Shown in pieces: positions 1 to 12,435 of a stretch of 64,000 nucleotides of DNA. Numbering within the stretch: the first letter of the stretch is position 1; every line of letters starts with the position of its first letter. The notes beneath the pieces are model-generated. The model worked only from the letters and a program-made list of their open reading frames with translations, ran no database searches and had not been told where the DNA came from. This DNA is from Leucoraja erinacea. Its lineage: Eukaryota. The DNA lies in NCBI RefSeq assembly GCF_028641065.1, contig NC_073382.1:68758001-68822000 (forward strand), read 5' to 3'. Position numbers and translations under genes: made by a program.

Positions 1-31
1 AGTTGAAAGGAGGATGTATGTCCTCAGATAA

Positions 32-235
32 AACTCAGACAGCATCTCTGGAGAAAGGTTTTGCGTAAGGTTTCGGGTTAAGACCCTTCTTCAGAATGAG
101 AGTCGGGGAAAGGAAAACGAGAGATATAGACAGTAATATAGAGAGATATAGAACAAATGAATTAAATAAATACAAAAAAGTAATGGTGATCAAGGAAACA
201 GTCCATTGTTGGCTGTGGGCCAGGTGATATCTCAA
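32..235 (-). mobile_element. Penelope-like element 3' end fragment
   Basis: Same terminal sequence as the GIY-YIG-bearing copies (8355-8814, 35306-35640); degenerate hammerhead core CTGAAGAAGGGTCTTAACCCGAAAC on the minus strand. Confidence 0.6.
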
Positions 236-623
236 GGCACTTGAAAGATGCTATCTCTACCCAATTTTCCAAATTTGTTTGAAAGACAAGTGAATCAATA
301 CACGGCCTCTCCCATGGCAATGTCTCCAACATTGAGAACCAAATTTCACTCAATCAGCTCCAATGAATAAACTACATTGTTCATTTGCCTGTCACCAGAC
401 TCTCGAACCAGATACCCTATTCCAAGTTCTATCGTGGAAAAATATTATCTGGTGTCGGAGGAAGAGATTCAAGGGTATGCTCAAAGGCTCTTTGAAAAAA
501 TTCCCATTGCTTCTTGAGAATTCTTAGTCCATGACCATCTGCAGTGTTCTTGGATGTGTTGTGAACATAACAATTATCCAGTATTCTCTGTGTTTTGTTT
601 CGAACACCATGTGTGTGTGTGTA

Positions 624-1430
624 GGTCGGTGGGGGCGCTGCAAGCCGGCAGCCCTGCTAGCAGCGTGTCAGTTTTTTCAACTTTTTAAATTTTTTTTAGT
701 GTGTTTAAATGTATGTTTTTAATGTTTCTTTGTGTGTCTTATGTGGGGTGTTGTGTGGGGGAAACCGTTTTGGTCGCCTCCTCCACGGAGAGGCGACTTT
801 TTCCATGTCGCCTCACCCGTGGCCTAACAACGAGGAAACGAGGATCGGGCGGCCTTTCCCTGTGAAGCGCCCGGGGCGCGGACTCTCGGCTCTCGGCGTG
901 GAGCGGGTGAGCCCCCGCTGGGGCTCGCCGGAGGGGAGTGCTCCGTCCAGTGTCCTGCGGCAGCCTGGGGCCGCGGTCTGCAGAGCTCCAGCCAGCGCGA
1001 TGTCTGCAGCCTGGGATCCCTCGCTGGGGACCTGGGAGAGGAAGAAGCTTCCACCCCGACTGCCGGCCCTGCAGTCTGCGGTGCTTCTGGCTGCGACGCG
1101 AACTTTAAATCACTGACCGCCGGCCTGCGGCCTACACCAACCTGAAGCCGCGGTCTCCGGTGGGGGAGGCACCGATTCAGGACTTACCTGGACTTTCATT
1201 CATCTGGACGCCTGCGGAGGGTTGAGGTCCCGACCACGGGGGGAAATGGAGGAGGACTGGCCAAATTTTGTGCCTTCCACCACAGTGATGAATGCTGTGG
1301 TGGATGTTTGTGTTAAATTTTTATTGTGTTTTTGTGTGTTCTTTCTCATTGTACCACTGCTGACAAATTCATTTCACTTGCACTTTATGTGCAATGTGAC
1401 GAATAAAACCGTATTGTATTGTATTGTATT
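624..1430 (+). mobile_element. GC-rich non-autonomous retroelement with Rex/Babar-like 3' tail
   Basis: Starts at a GGGGGCGCTG head and ends GTGACGAATAAA + (GTATT)n; same architecture as 46001-46755 (-) and 60177-61093 (+); no meaningful ORF. Confidence 0.55.
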
Positions 1431-1676
1431 TGTGCCAGACTGAGTGCCCTGTAGTTGATCTGTTTATCCATCGATCCTTTTTACGACCCTTGCAACTCTC
1501 CAGCAATACAAAGTCCCAACCACTCCCAAAACCAAGGAGAGAGAGATTGCAGCCAGAGACTCCCTTGTTTTCACCTTCCCTCCTTCAGTAATCTGAGATA
1601 CATTTAAGTTGTAATGATTTCAACATCGTGCATTGAAGCTATTTATAGAAACTTTCTTTTAAAATAAAATAGGTGT

Positions 1677-2520
1677 TTAGGCCATTTTCCACCATATTCA
1701 ATACATCATGGCTGATCAATCAATTACCTGCCTCTCTCCATTCCCCCTGATGCACAAGGGTCTAACTCCCCTCTTAAATATAGCCAATGAACTGGCCTCA
1801 ACTACCCTCTGTGGCAGAGAGTTCTGAATTCATATTCTGTGTGAAAAAGTTCTTCTCATCTCGGTTTTAAAGGATTGCCCCCTTATCCTTAAGCTGTGAC
1901 CCCTTGACCTGGACTTCCCCAACATCGGGAACAATGTTCCTGCATCTAGCCTGTCCAACCCCTTAAGAATTTTGTAAGTTTCTATAAGATCCCCTCTCAA
2001 TCTTCTAAATTCTAGAGAGTATAAACCAAGTCTATCCAGTCTTTCTTCAGTACACCCAATTGTCTGGTGAAGTGCAAGCTATTATGGCAATAATGTCCTT
2101 CCTGTTTGGAACCAATGATAGAAAAGGTTAGTAAAAAGAAACTGCAGATGCCAGTTCCTATACCAAAGATAGACTACAAATTTGCTTTCTTTACTGCTGC
2201 TGCACCTGCAGCCTACCTTCAAATGACGGTGTACGGGACAGCCAGGTCTCGCTCATCTCCCCCTTTCCCAAACCAAAGATATAGTCTGGCGTTTTTGCCA
2301 CCAAAATGGACCTTTTCTTCACATCTGCATCTGTCAAAACATTTGCCCACTCCAGCCTAGTCATTGCAGCTCTAGCACCTCCTCACACTAAGTTGCCCCC
2401 CAGCTTAGTGTCAAAACTTGGAGAATTTCTTAATTGGAGATCATTAATTTGTTGTAAATACCCCAGCACTGAGCCTTGCGGTACCCCACTAATCACTTGC
2501 CTTTGTGAAAAGTTTCAGTT
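1677..2520 (-). mobile_element. CR1 (HER1-like) LINE 3' fragment, scrambled in its right-hand part
   Basis: 1755-2045 is near-identical to the reverse complement of part of the CR1 at 11517-12435; beyond 2045 the CR1 pieces are interleaved with unique sequence. Confidence 0.8.
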
Positions 2521-2671
2521 TATTCCTACCAAACTGAACTGAAAATAATATACCTCTTCCACTATTCTACATACATTTCAATTTTACTCATATGATTTTA
2601 CTACATGATACCTTATGTCTGAACATATTTGGCATATAGTTACCTAACATTTGTTTTTTGTTAATTTATAG

Positions 2672-2744
2672 GGTGCAAGTAAATGAAACGACCACGTCCT
2701 TTATACAGGCTTTGAGGCATAACATTGAGCCCAGTACACAATTG
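2672..2744 (+). CDS. PIWIL4: PIWI-like protein (PIWIL4/MIWI2-like), internal exon, MID domain
   Basis: tatag|G acceptor and TTG|gtaagt donor; 73 nt encoding VQVNETTTSFIQALRHNIEPSTQL, resembling the PIWIL4 segment [23 protein letters not shown]; phase 0 joins the next exon. Upstream exons were not found in the window. Confidence 0.8.
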
Positions 2745-3817
2745 GTAAGTATGCAAGCTATTGCTGGATTTATTTACTGTTTAAAAGATGATAGAAAAAG
2801 TTAGTAAAAGGAAACTGCAGATGCCGGTTTATACCAAAGATAGACACAAAATGCTGAAGTAACTCAGCGGATCGGGCAGCATCTCTTGAAAAAATGTGTA
2901 GGTGACGTTTCAGGTCTGGACTTTAGGCCTGAATCTGCCATTTTCTTCGAGCCTGCACCGCCATTCAATATGCTTAATGGAATATTTTTGAAATACCATC
3001 CAACACCCAAGTTTGTATCCAGTACCTGCCAAACTTCCTCTCCATTCCCCCTGATTCCATTTTACACAAGGGCCACAGCTCAAGGCACTCCCTCCCTAAA
3101 ATACCAATAAAAAAGGCAGTAAATAAAGGGATGCTTATCGCAGGCAATAGGACATATGTCAACTTTGTTGTGATTGAAAGTATTATGACACTGACATATA
3201 ACAGAATTATCTCTTATCAAAACCAGATTTTGTATTTTCTATGACTGTATAAGGTAAACTATTTCCACATTAGTTTCATAGTCATAGAGACGTACAGCTC
3301 AGAAATAGGCTCTTAATTGAACTCCATGCTGACCCAATGCCCCATTTAAGGTATTATAATTTGCTCGCCTTTGGCTCCTATTCCTCTAAACCATTCATCT
3401 CATGATTTTATACACTTCTACCAATCACCCTTCAGTCTCCTACGCCTCAAGGAAAAAAGTCCTAATCTTCCCACCCATTCCCAATATCTCTGACCCTCGT
3501 GACTTCTTTCCTATAGCAAAGTAACCAAAACACACAAATACTCTCAACTGTGGATTGAACAATGTCTTGAATAACTGTAACATAATATCCCAACTTCTAT
3601 ACCTGGTTCACTGATTGATGAAGGCCAGCATATCAACAATTTAGGACACCATTTTCAGGGGACTATGTTCTTGATCAGTTTCAAATTTCAACCATACTTT
3701 TGCAACAACTCTCCTTACTAGCCTTCCTTATTGAACTGCGCTGGTCTGATTCCAATCTCTTTGGTGAAGTTGTAATCAGATAATCTTCCGAAATGCCTTC
3801 TTTTCCTACTTCACTAC

Positions 3818-6800
3818 TGTAGGAGCCATTTATTTTAAGGCTAGTTAATCTTGGCATATTATATTATTTTGTCTAGATATTTTGGACACTTGGGGGTGGT
3901 AATTTGATGATAGAGGGGCGTAAAATATGGGCTTAGGGGACAGGGAGTGATTCAGACCAGGCATAGGAGGTGGAGAGTACACAGTTCTCACCAAATGGGA
4001 GAGACCAGGAAGTTACTGCTTGGGTGAGAATAAGGAGAACCTGGTACGTTCATCTATTTGTTTGTACAACTACTTCAATAAAGAATCAATTAAACTGGAA
4101 ATAACGACTGGACAATCTGTTCTTTTTAATCTGTGTAAAATCACTCCTACTTACCTGTGTAAAAATGGCAACGGTAAGTTGGACATTGGTAAAGAAAGAA
4201 ATTGCCATTACAATTAAGTGAGAACTAGCTCTGTGAGTGAAACTGGAGCTTGTGAATCATTCAAATGGAACAAAGGATTGTTTCATTTCACAAGTCTGAC
4301 ATCCTCATTCTAATTAACTGGACAAGATCGCCACCTGCACCAATCTGAATAATGAAGATTGGAAACTCCGAAAGTCAACGTGCAGGTAGAGTGAGTACAT
4401 ACAGTATTAAGGTTTATTGGAGAAGCTATATATAATGTTGTATTGGAAAACGGCTGCTGAAATGGAGAATTTTGAAGTGACCTTGAGGATCTGAGCGCTA
4501 TAAGTTGTTTTGAAATACTACCCGCAGGCTTACGGCTTTACGGCAACACGTCTCAAAGGGATAGTGAGCCAGTACGTCTAAAGCTCAGTCACAAGAGGAC
4601 GATATTGGGCAGGATTCAGGAAAGGAAAGAAGAATCATTAGGCACACGGATAAAGACTGGGAATTGTTTATGAAAAGTGTCAGGTCAAGAAACTCAATAA
4701 GTAAACAAGCTAGCAAGTTAATGGAAAAGCTGAAAGACCCCATGAAATCAGATGAAAATGTGAATGAAGTATAATTTAACCTGGTTCAATTAATCAAGCT
4801 CTGTAATGAAGTAAGAGAAAAGCACGAGCTGTTGATGAAAGAACCACTGCCTGAAAAGGAACTTGAACGGCAAAATCAGTGGTTTCAACAAAGAATGGAA
4901 TCTTTTAATGGTTTTATACAAGATGTAGAGAGGTTGTTATGATGTTGGACAGCAAATTGCTGAAAGTGCTATACTGCAGAGTGTTGTAAACTCAGAAGAA
5001 ATTGGACCTGATGACAGTGTTTCAAATGTCAAAACCAAAATTAAGCCACAAATCTAATTCTTCACGTGCATCTTCAACGACCTCTGCTTGCTTAAAAGCT
5101 CAGGCAGAAAAGGCTGCTCTTTTGGAACGGGCTGCTGCCATGGACAAAAGGCACAAGCTTGAGGCACAAGAAGAACAGTTGTATAGAGAAAAGGAGCAGT
5201 TGAAAAGAGAGTGACGCAAAAGAAGAACAGTTGAATAGACAAAAACAGCAGTTGAAAAGAGAGAAGGAACAACTGGAACTGGAGACTGAGCTGGCAGCAG
5301 CTAATATACCTTAAGGCCAAGAGATCAAGAAGAAGTGGGCACATATTGGGGTGATGTCTACAGATCAAGAAGAAAGGACACATGAGCAAAGACTGCAAAG
5401 TTGTTTGACTTGTGATGTGTGCAACCACAATCATCCTGAAATACTTCACATTGAACAGAAGAACAAGAAGAAGAAGCCAGAGCATGCAGAACAGAACGGG
5501 AAGCCAATTGTGAGTAATGCTGTTTCCTCATCTCATAGGTGTGGGCATTTTGGAGCCGGTGAAGAAACCTGCATCTTCTCCATTGTACCAGTACAGGTAA
5601 AGAGCCACAAGGGGGACACAGTGTTGCAAACATGTGCATTTTTGGATCATAGAAGTTCAACTACCTTTTGCACAGAAAGCTTGATGAGAAGGCTGAACAT
5701 TACAGGACGAAAGACTAGTATTCTCTTGCGTACCATGAATCAAGAGAAGCCTGTGATCAGTCATCATATCTCAGGTTTGGAAATATCTAGCCTGGACAAA
5801 GACGATTTATACAACTATCTGATGTGTTCACACATAAGACCAGGCCTGTTTCTCAGCTAAACACACCCAGACAGGAAGACCTGATAAAATGGCATCGACC
5901 TACTCATCAGAACAAATGCTTCAAAGTTATTGAAACCTTGGGAGCTGTTCAACAGCCAAGGGAATGGACCATTCGCCATGGGGACCCTACTGTGGTGGGT
6001 CATTTATGCTCTCCTGAGAAGAGACAACAAAAGCAGGGATGTAAATGGCTTCCCTGCTGCTGCTGTCAATCGAATATCCATTGTAAACCTAGAGGAGCTA
6101 CTGGTCAAGTAATATAATCACCACTTCAGTGAAAGAACCTGCAAGGAAATAGAAGAAATATCTAGGGAAGAGGTCAAATTCTTGGATATTATGAATTGTT
6201 CAGCAAAGATGATAGGTGCGCACTATTACCTTTCAAAGAAGAAAGTGTCACCATGCCAAATAACCGTTGCGTTGTGGAGCAGCTCATCCAGAGCCTGAAA
6301 TGCAGGTTTAGGAAGAATAAGAAATGTCATGATTAATATACATCCTTCCTCACTGAGATGATTGACAATGGTTATGCTGAAATGGTACCAGTGCAGCAGT
6401 TGAATGGAGGTGATGGAGAGCTCTGGTACATCCCACACCACAGGTGTATCACTCACAGAAAGGGACCTTGAAGGTGGTCTTTGACTGTGGTGCAGTCTTT
6501 AAAGGAACATCACCTAACTGCCAACTGCAGCAGGGTCCAGACCTTACCAACTCATTCATTGGAGCTCTCATCAGATTCAGACAAGAAGTGGTTGCTTTGA
6601 TGGCTGATATCAAAGCAACGTTTCGTCGGGTCAAGGTATCAGAACTGCATATTGACTATCTGCGATTCCTGTGGTGGCCCGAGGGTGATGTGCAGCAAGA
6701 TCTTGATGAAGGTGCATCGTTTTGGCGCAGTGTCGTCACCATGTTGTGCAAAATTTGCATTTAGGAAGACCGCTGAAGACAACAAAGCTCACTTTCTAGC

Positions 6801-8011
6801 AGAGGTGACAAACACAGTAAAGAACAACTTCTATGTAGATGATTGTTTAAATCCCATGCCTTCGGAACAGGAAGCAGTTCAATTGGCAAGAGACCTGACT
6901 TCCCTCTGCCAAATGGGAGGATTCATGCTGTCAAAGTGGATCAGCAACAGTCGTGTATGTATTGGCATCTATTCCACAAGAAAACGAAGCCAAGGAGACC
7001 ATGGAGTTGGATTTGGACAAAGACAATCTGCCTATGGAAAGGGCACTGGGATTGCACTGGTACGTTGAAACAGATGTGTTCAAGTTCAGGATTGCGACAC
7101 AGGAACGACCATACACAAGACGGGGGCATCTTGTCCGTGGTTGGCTCTACCTTTAGGATTTCTAGCACCGTTTACTCAGCCAGCCAAGCTGATTATGCAG
7201 GAGCTCCGTAAGGAAAAACTCGAATGGGATGAAAACATACCCCAATCCTTCTGTCAGCGATGGACAGGATGGTTAGCAGATCTTGTAATGTCTTCTGTAA
7301 GACCTTGTTGTGACTAGCACAATGAATACACATCCAACATCTTGTAAGAAGGATTTAATCTGCACCACCAGGAAACTTCTAGAAGGTCACCTGACCTCAG
7401 TCACGAGGCACAGGCACGTTTACCAGCTTCTGCTTTTGGCCTCAAGGGGCACTGGCATTTATATTACACATTCATCACATCCGCTGGCATAGCTCTAGGG
7501 GTCACGGAGACTCACAAGCTCCCCGACCACGACTAGGTTGCAATCCAACAGGGAGCTTTTAATGTTTATTGGTAATTGTTTTGCTATATGCATTAGAACA
7601 ATTAGTGGGCGGTGTGTAGGAGCCATTTATGTTTAAGCTAGTTACTGTTGGCAATTTATATTATTTTGTCTAGATATTTTGGACACTTGGGGGCGTTCAT
7701 TTGATGCATAGAGGGGCGTAACATAAGGGCTTAGGGGACAGGGAATGATGCAGACCAGGCATAGGAGGTGGAGTGTGCACAGTTCTCAGCAGATGGGAGA
7801 GAACAGAAAGTTACAGCGTGTGTGAGAATAAGGAGAACCTGGTATGTTCATCTCTTTGTTTCTACAACTACTTCAATAAAGAATCAATTAAACTGGAATT
7901 AATGACTGGATGATCTGTTCTTTTTAATCTGCGTAAAATCAACCCTACTTACCTGTGTGTTAATGGCAACGGAAAGTTGGACATTGGTAAAGAAAGAGAA
8001 TTGCCATTACT
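3818..8011 (+). mobile_element. BEL/Pao LTR retrotransposon, internally deleted
   Basis: LTRs at 3818-4212 (TGT...ACA) and 7615-8011; 5-bp TSD ACTAC at 3813-3817 and 8012-8016. Degenerate gag knuckle (CDVCNHNHPEILH), protease (AFLDHRSSTTFC), RT (KVVFDC, GPDLTN, MADI, NFYVDD) and the start of RNase H (ERALGLHW). No integrase seen. Confidence 0.93.
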
Positions 8012-8354
8012 ACTACCATTAGCTCTAGTTTTACCTGGGATCTGGGAATGGGAATAGTTATACAAATAAAGTAGATATGCAACAGTTTAGTAACAGAAAA
8101 TAATCATTTCGCTTTTTTTAACCAAAGAAAACTAGGATGGCTGGGTTCAGTTAGTAGGTATGTTACAAAAGCTGTAATTCTGCCACTGGCCGTGTGCGCG
8201 ATTTTGGCACGTTTGAGAGGGGGGTGGGGTTAAAACGGGGTTTTTTCCTGACCTGGTCCTGAATTATATTTGTTGGAGTGCAAGATTTTGCTAAAGAATC
8301 GTTCCTACGGCCGTTGTGTGTTTTTTTAAAAAAAATTCACCCGACAAGTTAATC

Positions 8355-8814
8355 AATGGTACACGAAATTGCTGGAGAAACTCAGCGGGTGCAGCAGCAT
8401 CTATGGAGCGAAAAAATAGGCGACGTTTCGGGCCGAAACCCTTCCTCAGACTGATGGGGAGTGGGAGGGGAGAAGGAAGGAAAAAGGGGAGGAGGAGCCC
8501 GAGGGCGGGGGGATGGGAGGAGACAGCTCGAGGGTTAAGGAAGGGGAGGAGACAGCAAGGGCTAGCAAAATTGGGAGAATTCAACATTCATGCCATCAGG
8601 ATGCAAGCTGCCCAGGCGGAATATGAGGTGCTGTTCCTCCAATTTCCGGTGTTGCTCACTCTGGCAATGGAGGAGACCCAGGACAGAGAGGTCGGATTGG
8701 GAATGGGATGGGGAGTTGAAGTGCTGAGCCACCGGGAGTTCAGGCAGGTTATTGCGGACTGAGCGGAGGTGTTCGGCGAAACGATCGCCCAACCGTCGCT
8801 TAGTCTCCCCGATT
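8355..8814 (-). mobile_element. Penelope-like element 3' fragment (GIY-YIG endonuclease C-terminus plus terminal repeat)
   Basis: ORF 8562-8792 (RFAEHLRSV...PVAQHFNSPSH...EEQHLIFRLGSLHPDGMNVEFS) is typical of PLE GIY-YIG domains; TSD AGTTAATC at 8347-8354 and 8815-8822. Confidence 0.88.
8422..8449 (-). ncRNA. Hammerhead ribozyme core (PLE-type, minimal)
   Basis: Minus strand reads CUGAGGA-A-GGG(UUUCGG)CCC-GAA-ACGU-C: CUGANGA box, stem II, GAAA, palindromic stem III and a GUC site. Stem I is only about 2 bp. Confidence 0.65.
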
Positions 8815-9375
8815 AGTTAATCGCTGGAATGATTTTAAAAGCAGCTTCTGAAGCCGCCAATGCCGACAACTGGGACGGATTTTATGGAGGACCAGGTAAA
8901 AGAAAGTAGTTTATTTTTATGTATAAAAGTGTTTCTTAAGATGTAGTTAATTCACATTTAAAGTTGCGAAACGATGATTTAGTCCCCCCCCCCCCCCCCC
9001 CCCCGAAAAACCGGCAGTGTATTTGCTGCAGATATGGGGGTATAAATTCACCGCAACCTCAACGTTCTAAATGGTCCCATTCCAGAAAATCCCACTCGCA
9101 AGCTGATTTAAATGGCCATTAATTTACAGGTATTAAACATTAAATTCCTTCCATTTGGCCTACAAACCCATGACAATGAGATTTAAAAATTATGTTATAT
9201 TCTGAATTCTTGTGTGAATGTTATTTGGACACTTAGGCTATTTAAAAATGTTAATCTATTCTTAAGAAATGGATAGATGTTTAGATCTAGTAATTGAATT
9301 TTGTAATTAGCTACAATTAGGTAACTAACTAATTATATGCTTTAATTTCAAGTCATCTAAGTAAGATTGTTTCAT

Positions 9376-9491
9376 GGGTTACACAGAAAAGCTGGAGAAA
9401 CTCAGCGGGTGCAGCAGCATCTATGGAGCGAAGGAAATAGGCAACGTTTCGGGCCGAAACCCTTCTTCATCTGCAGTTCCCTCTTAAACAC
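9376..9491. mobile_element. Short Penelope-derived insertion with an inverted end
   Basis: 14-bp TSD TAAGATTGTTTCAT at 9362-9375 and 9492-9505; the orientation switches at the 5' edge of the ribozyme core. Confidence 0.8.
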
Positions 9492-10029
9492 TAAGATTGT
9501 TTCATATTTGTTTCAGAATGCTTCAATCGATAATAACTGAAAATTTATTTCAGTTCTCTTCAATTTTAAGAAAGTTATCGGCCTTTAAATGTTCTCCATC
9601 ACAGCTTTTGTGTTAAGTCAATGAAAAAGCAATAGGGAACAAGATGCCAATTTCCGAGTATGAAAATGGCCATAACCTTTTTAATACTGAAGATTTGAAA
9701 GTGAATTAGGTGTCAAATTAAACTTCTTTTTATGCTTTATCTGATGGGATAAATTAAAAACTTGATTTTTAAAATCTCAAAATTTTGTAACATTGCTACA
9801 GTTAGCAATTATTTTGGATCGTTCTTGGCTTATGAAGAGATTTTTGAAATCTGTTCACATTTAATAAAAATCATTCATTTGTTTTTGATGGAAGAATATA
9901 TCCTTCTAAAACTTTGGCCAGAGATAATGGTGGAGTAACCTTCCTGGTTTTGCATACTGTCAGTAGCAGCCCCCTGCTGCTGCTTTGTAGGTGGTCCCCT
10001 CATTCTTACTCTTGAATTCTCGGTTCCTC

Positions 10030-10196
10030 ACTCCCCTCCATTGAGTCTGTCCAAGGCAAGCGATGTCTGCGAAGGGCGCTCGGCATCATCAAAGACTGCT
10101 CTCTCCCTCTCTCCCCCTCCTACCATCCGGACTGCGCTTACTCCTCCTACCCATCCGGGAGGCGCTACAGGCGGCTATTTTCAGGTTCAACACCTT

Positions 10197-10234
<38 letters not shown>

Positions 10235-10420
10235 ACCCTCCGGACACTCCTTCCACCAGGAAAAAAAAAAATAATTGCACTACTATGACTGTATGCACGT
10301 AAATATATTTATTTATTGCTCATATTCTATGTCGCTCTTCTAGGGAGATGCTAACTGCATTTCGTTGTCTCTGTACTATACACTGCACAATGACAATAAA
10401 GTTTGAATCTGAATCTGAAT
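10030..10420 (+). mobile_element. Rex1/Babar-type LINE 3' end
   Basis: Remnant of RCLRRA..IIKD and LLPSGRRYR motifs; ends TGACAATAAA + (TGAATC)n. Confidence 0.65.
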
Positions 10421-11033
10421 GGAGTACAGATGATTACAGAAAGTTCAGTTATAAAACATTATCTTTGTTCCACATCTCTCTTCTGCCCAGTTGGATGGTA
10501 TTGCACTCGCTTTATTCATTTCTATGGAACGTGGTCCTACCATGCGTGCTGAGGTTTCTTTTTTGAACTCCTCCAGTAAGGTTCATGCCTCTTCCACGGC
10601 ATCCAAGTAGCCTTAATCAAAGTCTCTATTGACCTTTCTTGTAAATGTGGTAAAGTCTGCATTTTTATTATCATTGACAGTTTACATCTATTGGTGACCA
10701 CCTTCTGCAGCACCTCTCCTCAGCTCAAGAGTCAAGAGTGTTTAATTGCCATATGAACCCAAAACAGAATGATATTCTTACTTGCAGCAGCATAACAGGC
10801 TGTACAGCTGAGTGGGTTTGTTCTTAGTTAGTGTTATTCCTATTGGTTTAATCAGAGTCAGAGAATTAGTATGATGACTTCTCTTCCTATCCCTGCATAT
10901 CTGAGGATTTATTCTTGGCCTCTTTTTACATTTGGGAACATAATGACATGGAAAAACATATGAGATGAGCAATTTGAAAAGATTCCTTCTACATGATTTG
11001 AAGCCCCTAATTTATGCATCAAAGGAACCTACC

Positions 11034-11167
11034 AGTTTGAAGAAGGTACTCGAACCGAAACGTCACCCATTCCTTCTCTCCAGAGATGCTGCCTGGCCCG
11101 TTGAGTTACTCCAGCATTTTGTGTCTATCTTCAGTGTAAACCAGCATCTGCAGTTCCTTCTGACACA
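11034..11167 (+). mobile_element. Penelope-derived short repeat with hammerhead core, sense to PIWIL4
   Basis: TTGAAGAAGGTACTCGAACCGAAACGTC at 11037-11064, followed by the shared PLE tail ...CCAGCATCTGCAGTTCCTTC. Confidence 0.75.
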
Positions 11168-11291
11168 CTATCAATTAGCTTGATGTATATGTGATCTAAT
11201 ATTTGCATGCACGTTATTCCCAAGAAGTGACCTTCATGCATACTAATCTCTATGCCAATTTGTTATTCACCTATTTTTTCTTGACTCGTAG

Positions 11292-11489
11292 GTATTGTAC
11301 ATCCTATCCTCAAGTCAGAAGGATAAATATGATTCTGTAAAGAAATTCTTGTGCGTGGAAAAACCAACTTCCAGTCAATGTGTGGTGGCCAATACACTGA
11401 ACAGAGCAAATATTATGAGTATTGTCACTAAAATTGCTCTGCAGATGGCCTGCAAAATAGGGGGAGAATTGTGGATGGTGGAAATTCCT
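11292..11489 (+). CDS. PIWIL4: PIWIL4-like exon (MID/PIWI)
   Basis: cgtag|GTA...CCT|gtgagt; 198 nt encoding [66 protein letters not shown], with the 5'-phosphate-pocket motifs YxxxK, SQC and KIALQMxCK. Confidence 0.93.
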
Positions 11490-11516
11490 GTGAGTACTTA
11501 CTACCAGATCGTCATC

Positions 11517-12435
11517 AAAGCTGGGGGACAGTGTTAGCTGTGAGGTGGATGCTAGGAGACTGCTAGGTGACTTGGATAGGCTGGGTGAGTGGGCAAATGT
11601 TTGGCAGATGCCGTATAATGTGGATAAATGTGAGGTTATCCATTTTGGTGGCAAAAACGGGAAAGCAGACTATTATCTAAATGGTGGCCGATTGGGAAAG
11701 GGGGGGATGCAGCGAGACCTGGGTGTCATGGTACACCAGTCATTGAAGGTAGGCATGCAGGTGCAGCAGGCAGTAAAGAAAGCGAATGGTATGTTAGCTT
11801 TCATTGCAAAAGGATTTGAATATAGGAGCAGGGAGGTTCTACTGCAGTTGTACAGGGTCTTGGTGAGACCACACCTGGAGTATTGCGTACAGTTTTGGTC
11901 TCCAAATCTGAGGAAGGACATTATTGCCATAGAGGGAGTGCAGAGACGGTTCACCAGACTGATTCCTGGGATGTCAGGACTGTCTTATGAAGAAAGACTG
12001 GATAGACTTGGTTTATACTCTCTAGAATTTAGGAGATTGAGAGGGGATCTTATAGAAACTTACAAAATTCTTAAGGGGTTGGACAGGCTAGATGCAGGAA
12101 GATTGTTCCCGATGTTAGGGAAGTCCAGGACAAGGGGTCACAGCTTAAGGATAAGGGGGAAATCCTTTAAAACCGAGATGAGAAGAACATTTTTCACACA
12201 GAGAGTGGTGAATCTCTGGAACTATCTGCCACAGAGGGTAGTTGAGGCCAGTTCATTGGCTATATTTAAGAGGGAGTTAGATGTGGCCCTTGTGGCTAAA
12301 GGGATCGGGGGGTATGGAGAGAAGGCAGGTACGGGATACTGAGTTGGATGATCAGCCATGATCATATTGAATGGCGGTGCAGGCTCGAAGGGCCGAATGG
12401 CCTACTCCTGCACCTAATTTCTATGTTTCTATGTT
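11517..12435 (+). mobile_element. Young 5'-truncated CR1 LINE (RT C-terminus)
   Basis: Uninterrupted 265-aa ORF 11545-12342 (WQMPYNVDKCEVIHFG, RPHLEYCVQFWSP, FFTQRVVNLWN); 3' tail (TTTCTATG)n. Confidence 0.95.

Larger units (their letters stand above)
8155..9798. mobile_element. Non-autonomous DNA transposon (hAT-like, 7-bp TSD)
   Basis: Termini TAGGTATGTTACAAAA and TTTTGTAACATTGCTA; TSD CAGTTAG at 8148-8154 and 9799-9805; contains two nested Penelope insertions. Confidence 0.75.

Noticed and set aside
709-1116. 135-aa ORF (also 46184-46748 and 60147-60769)
   Set aside because: They lie within GC-rich dispersed repeats and have no domain motifs or splice context.
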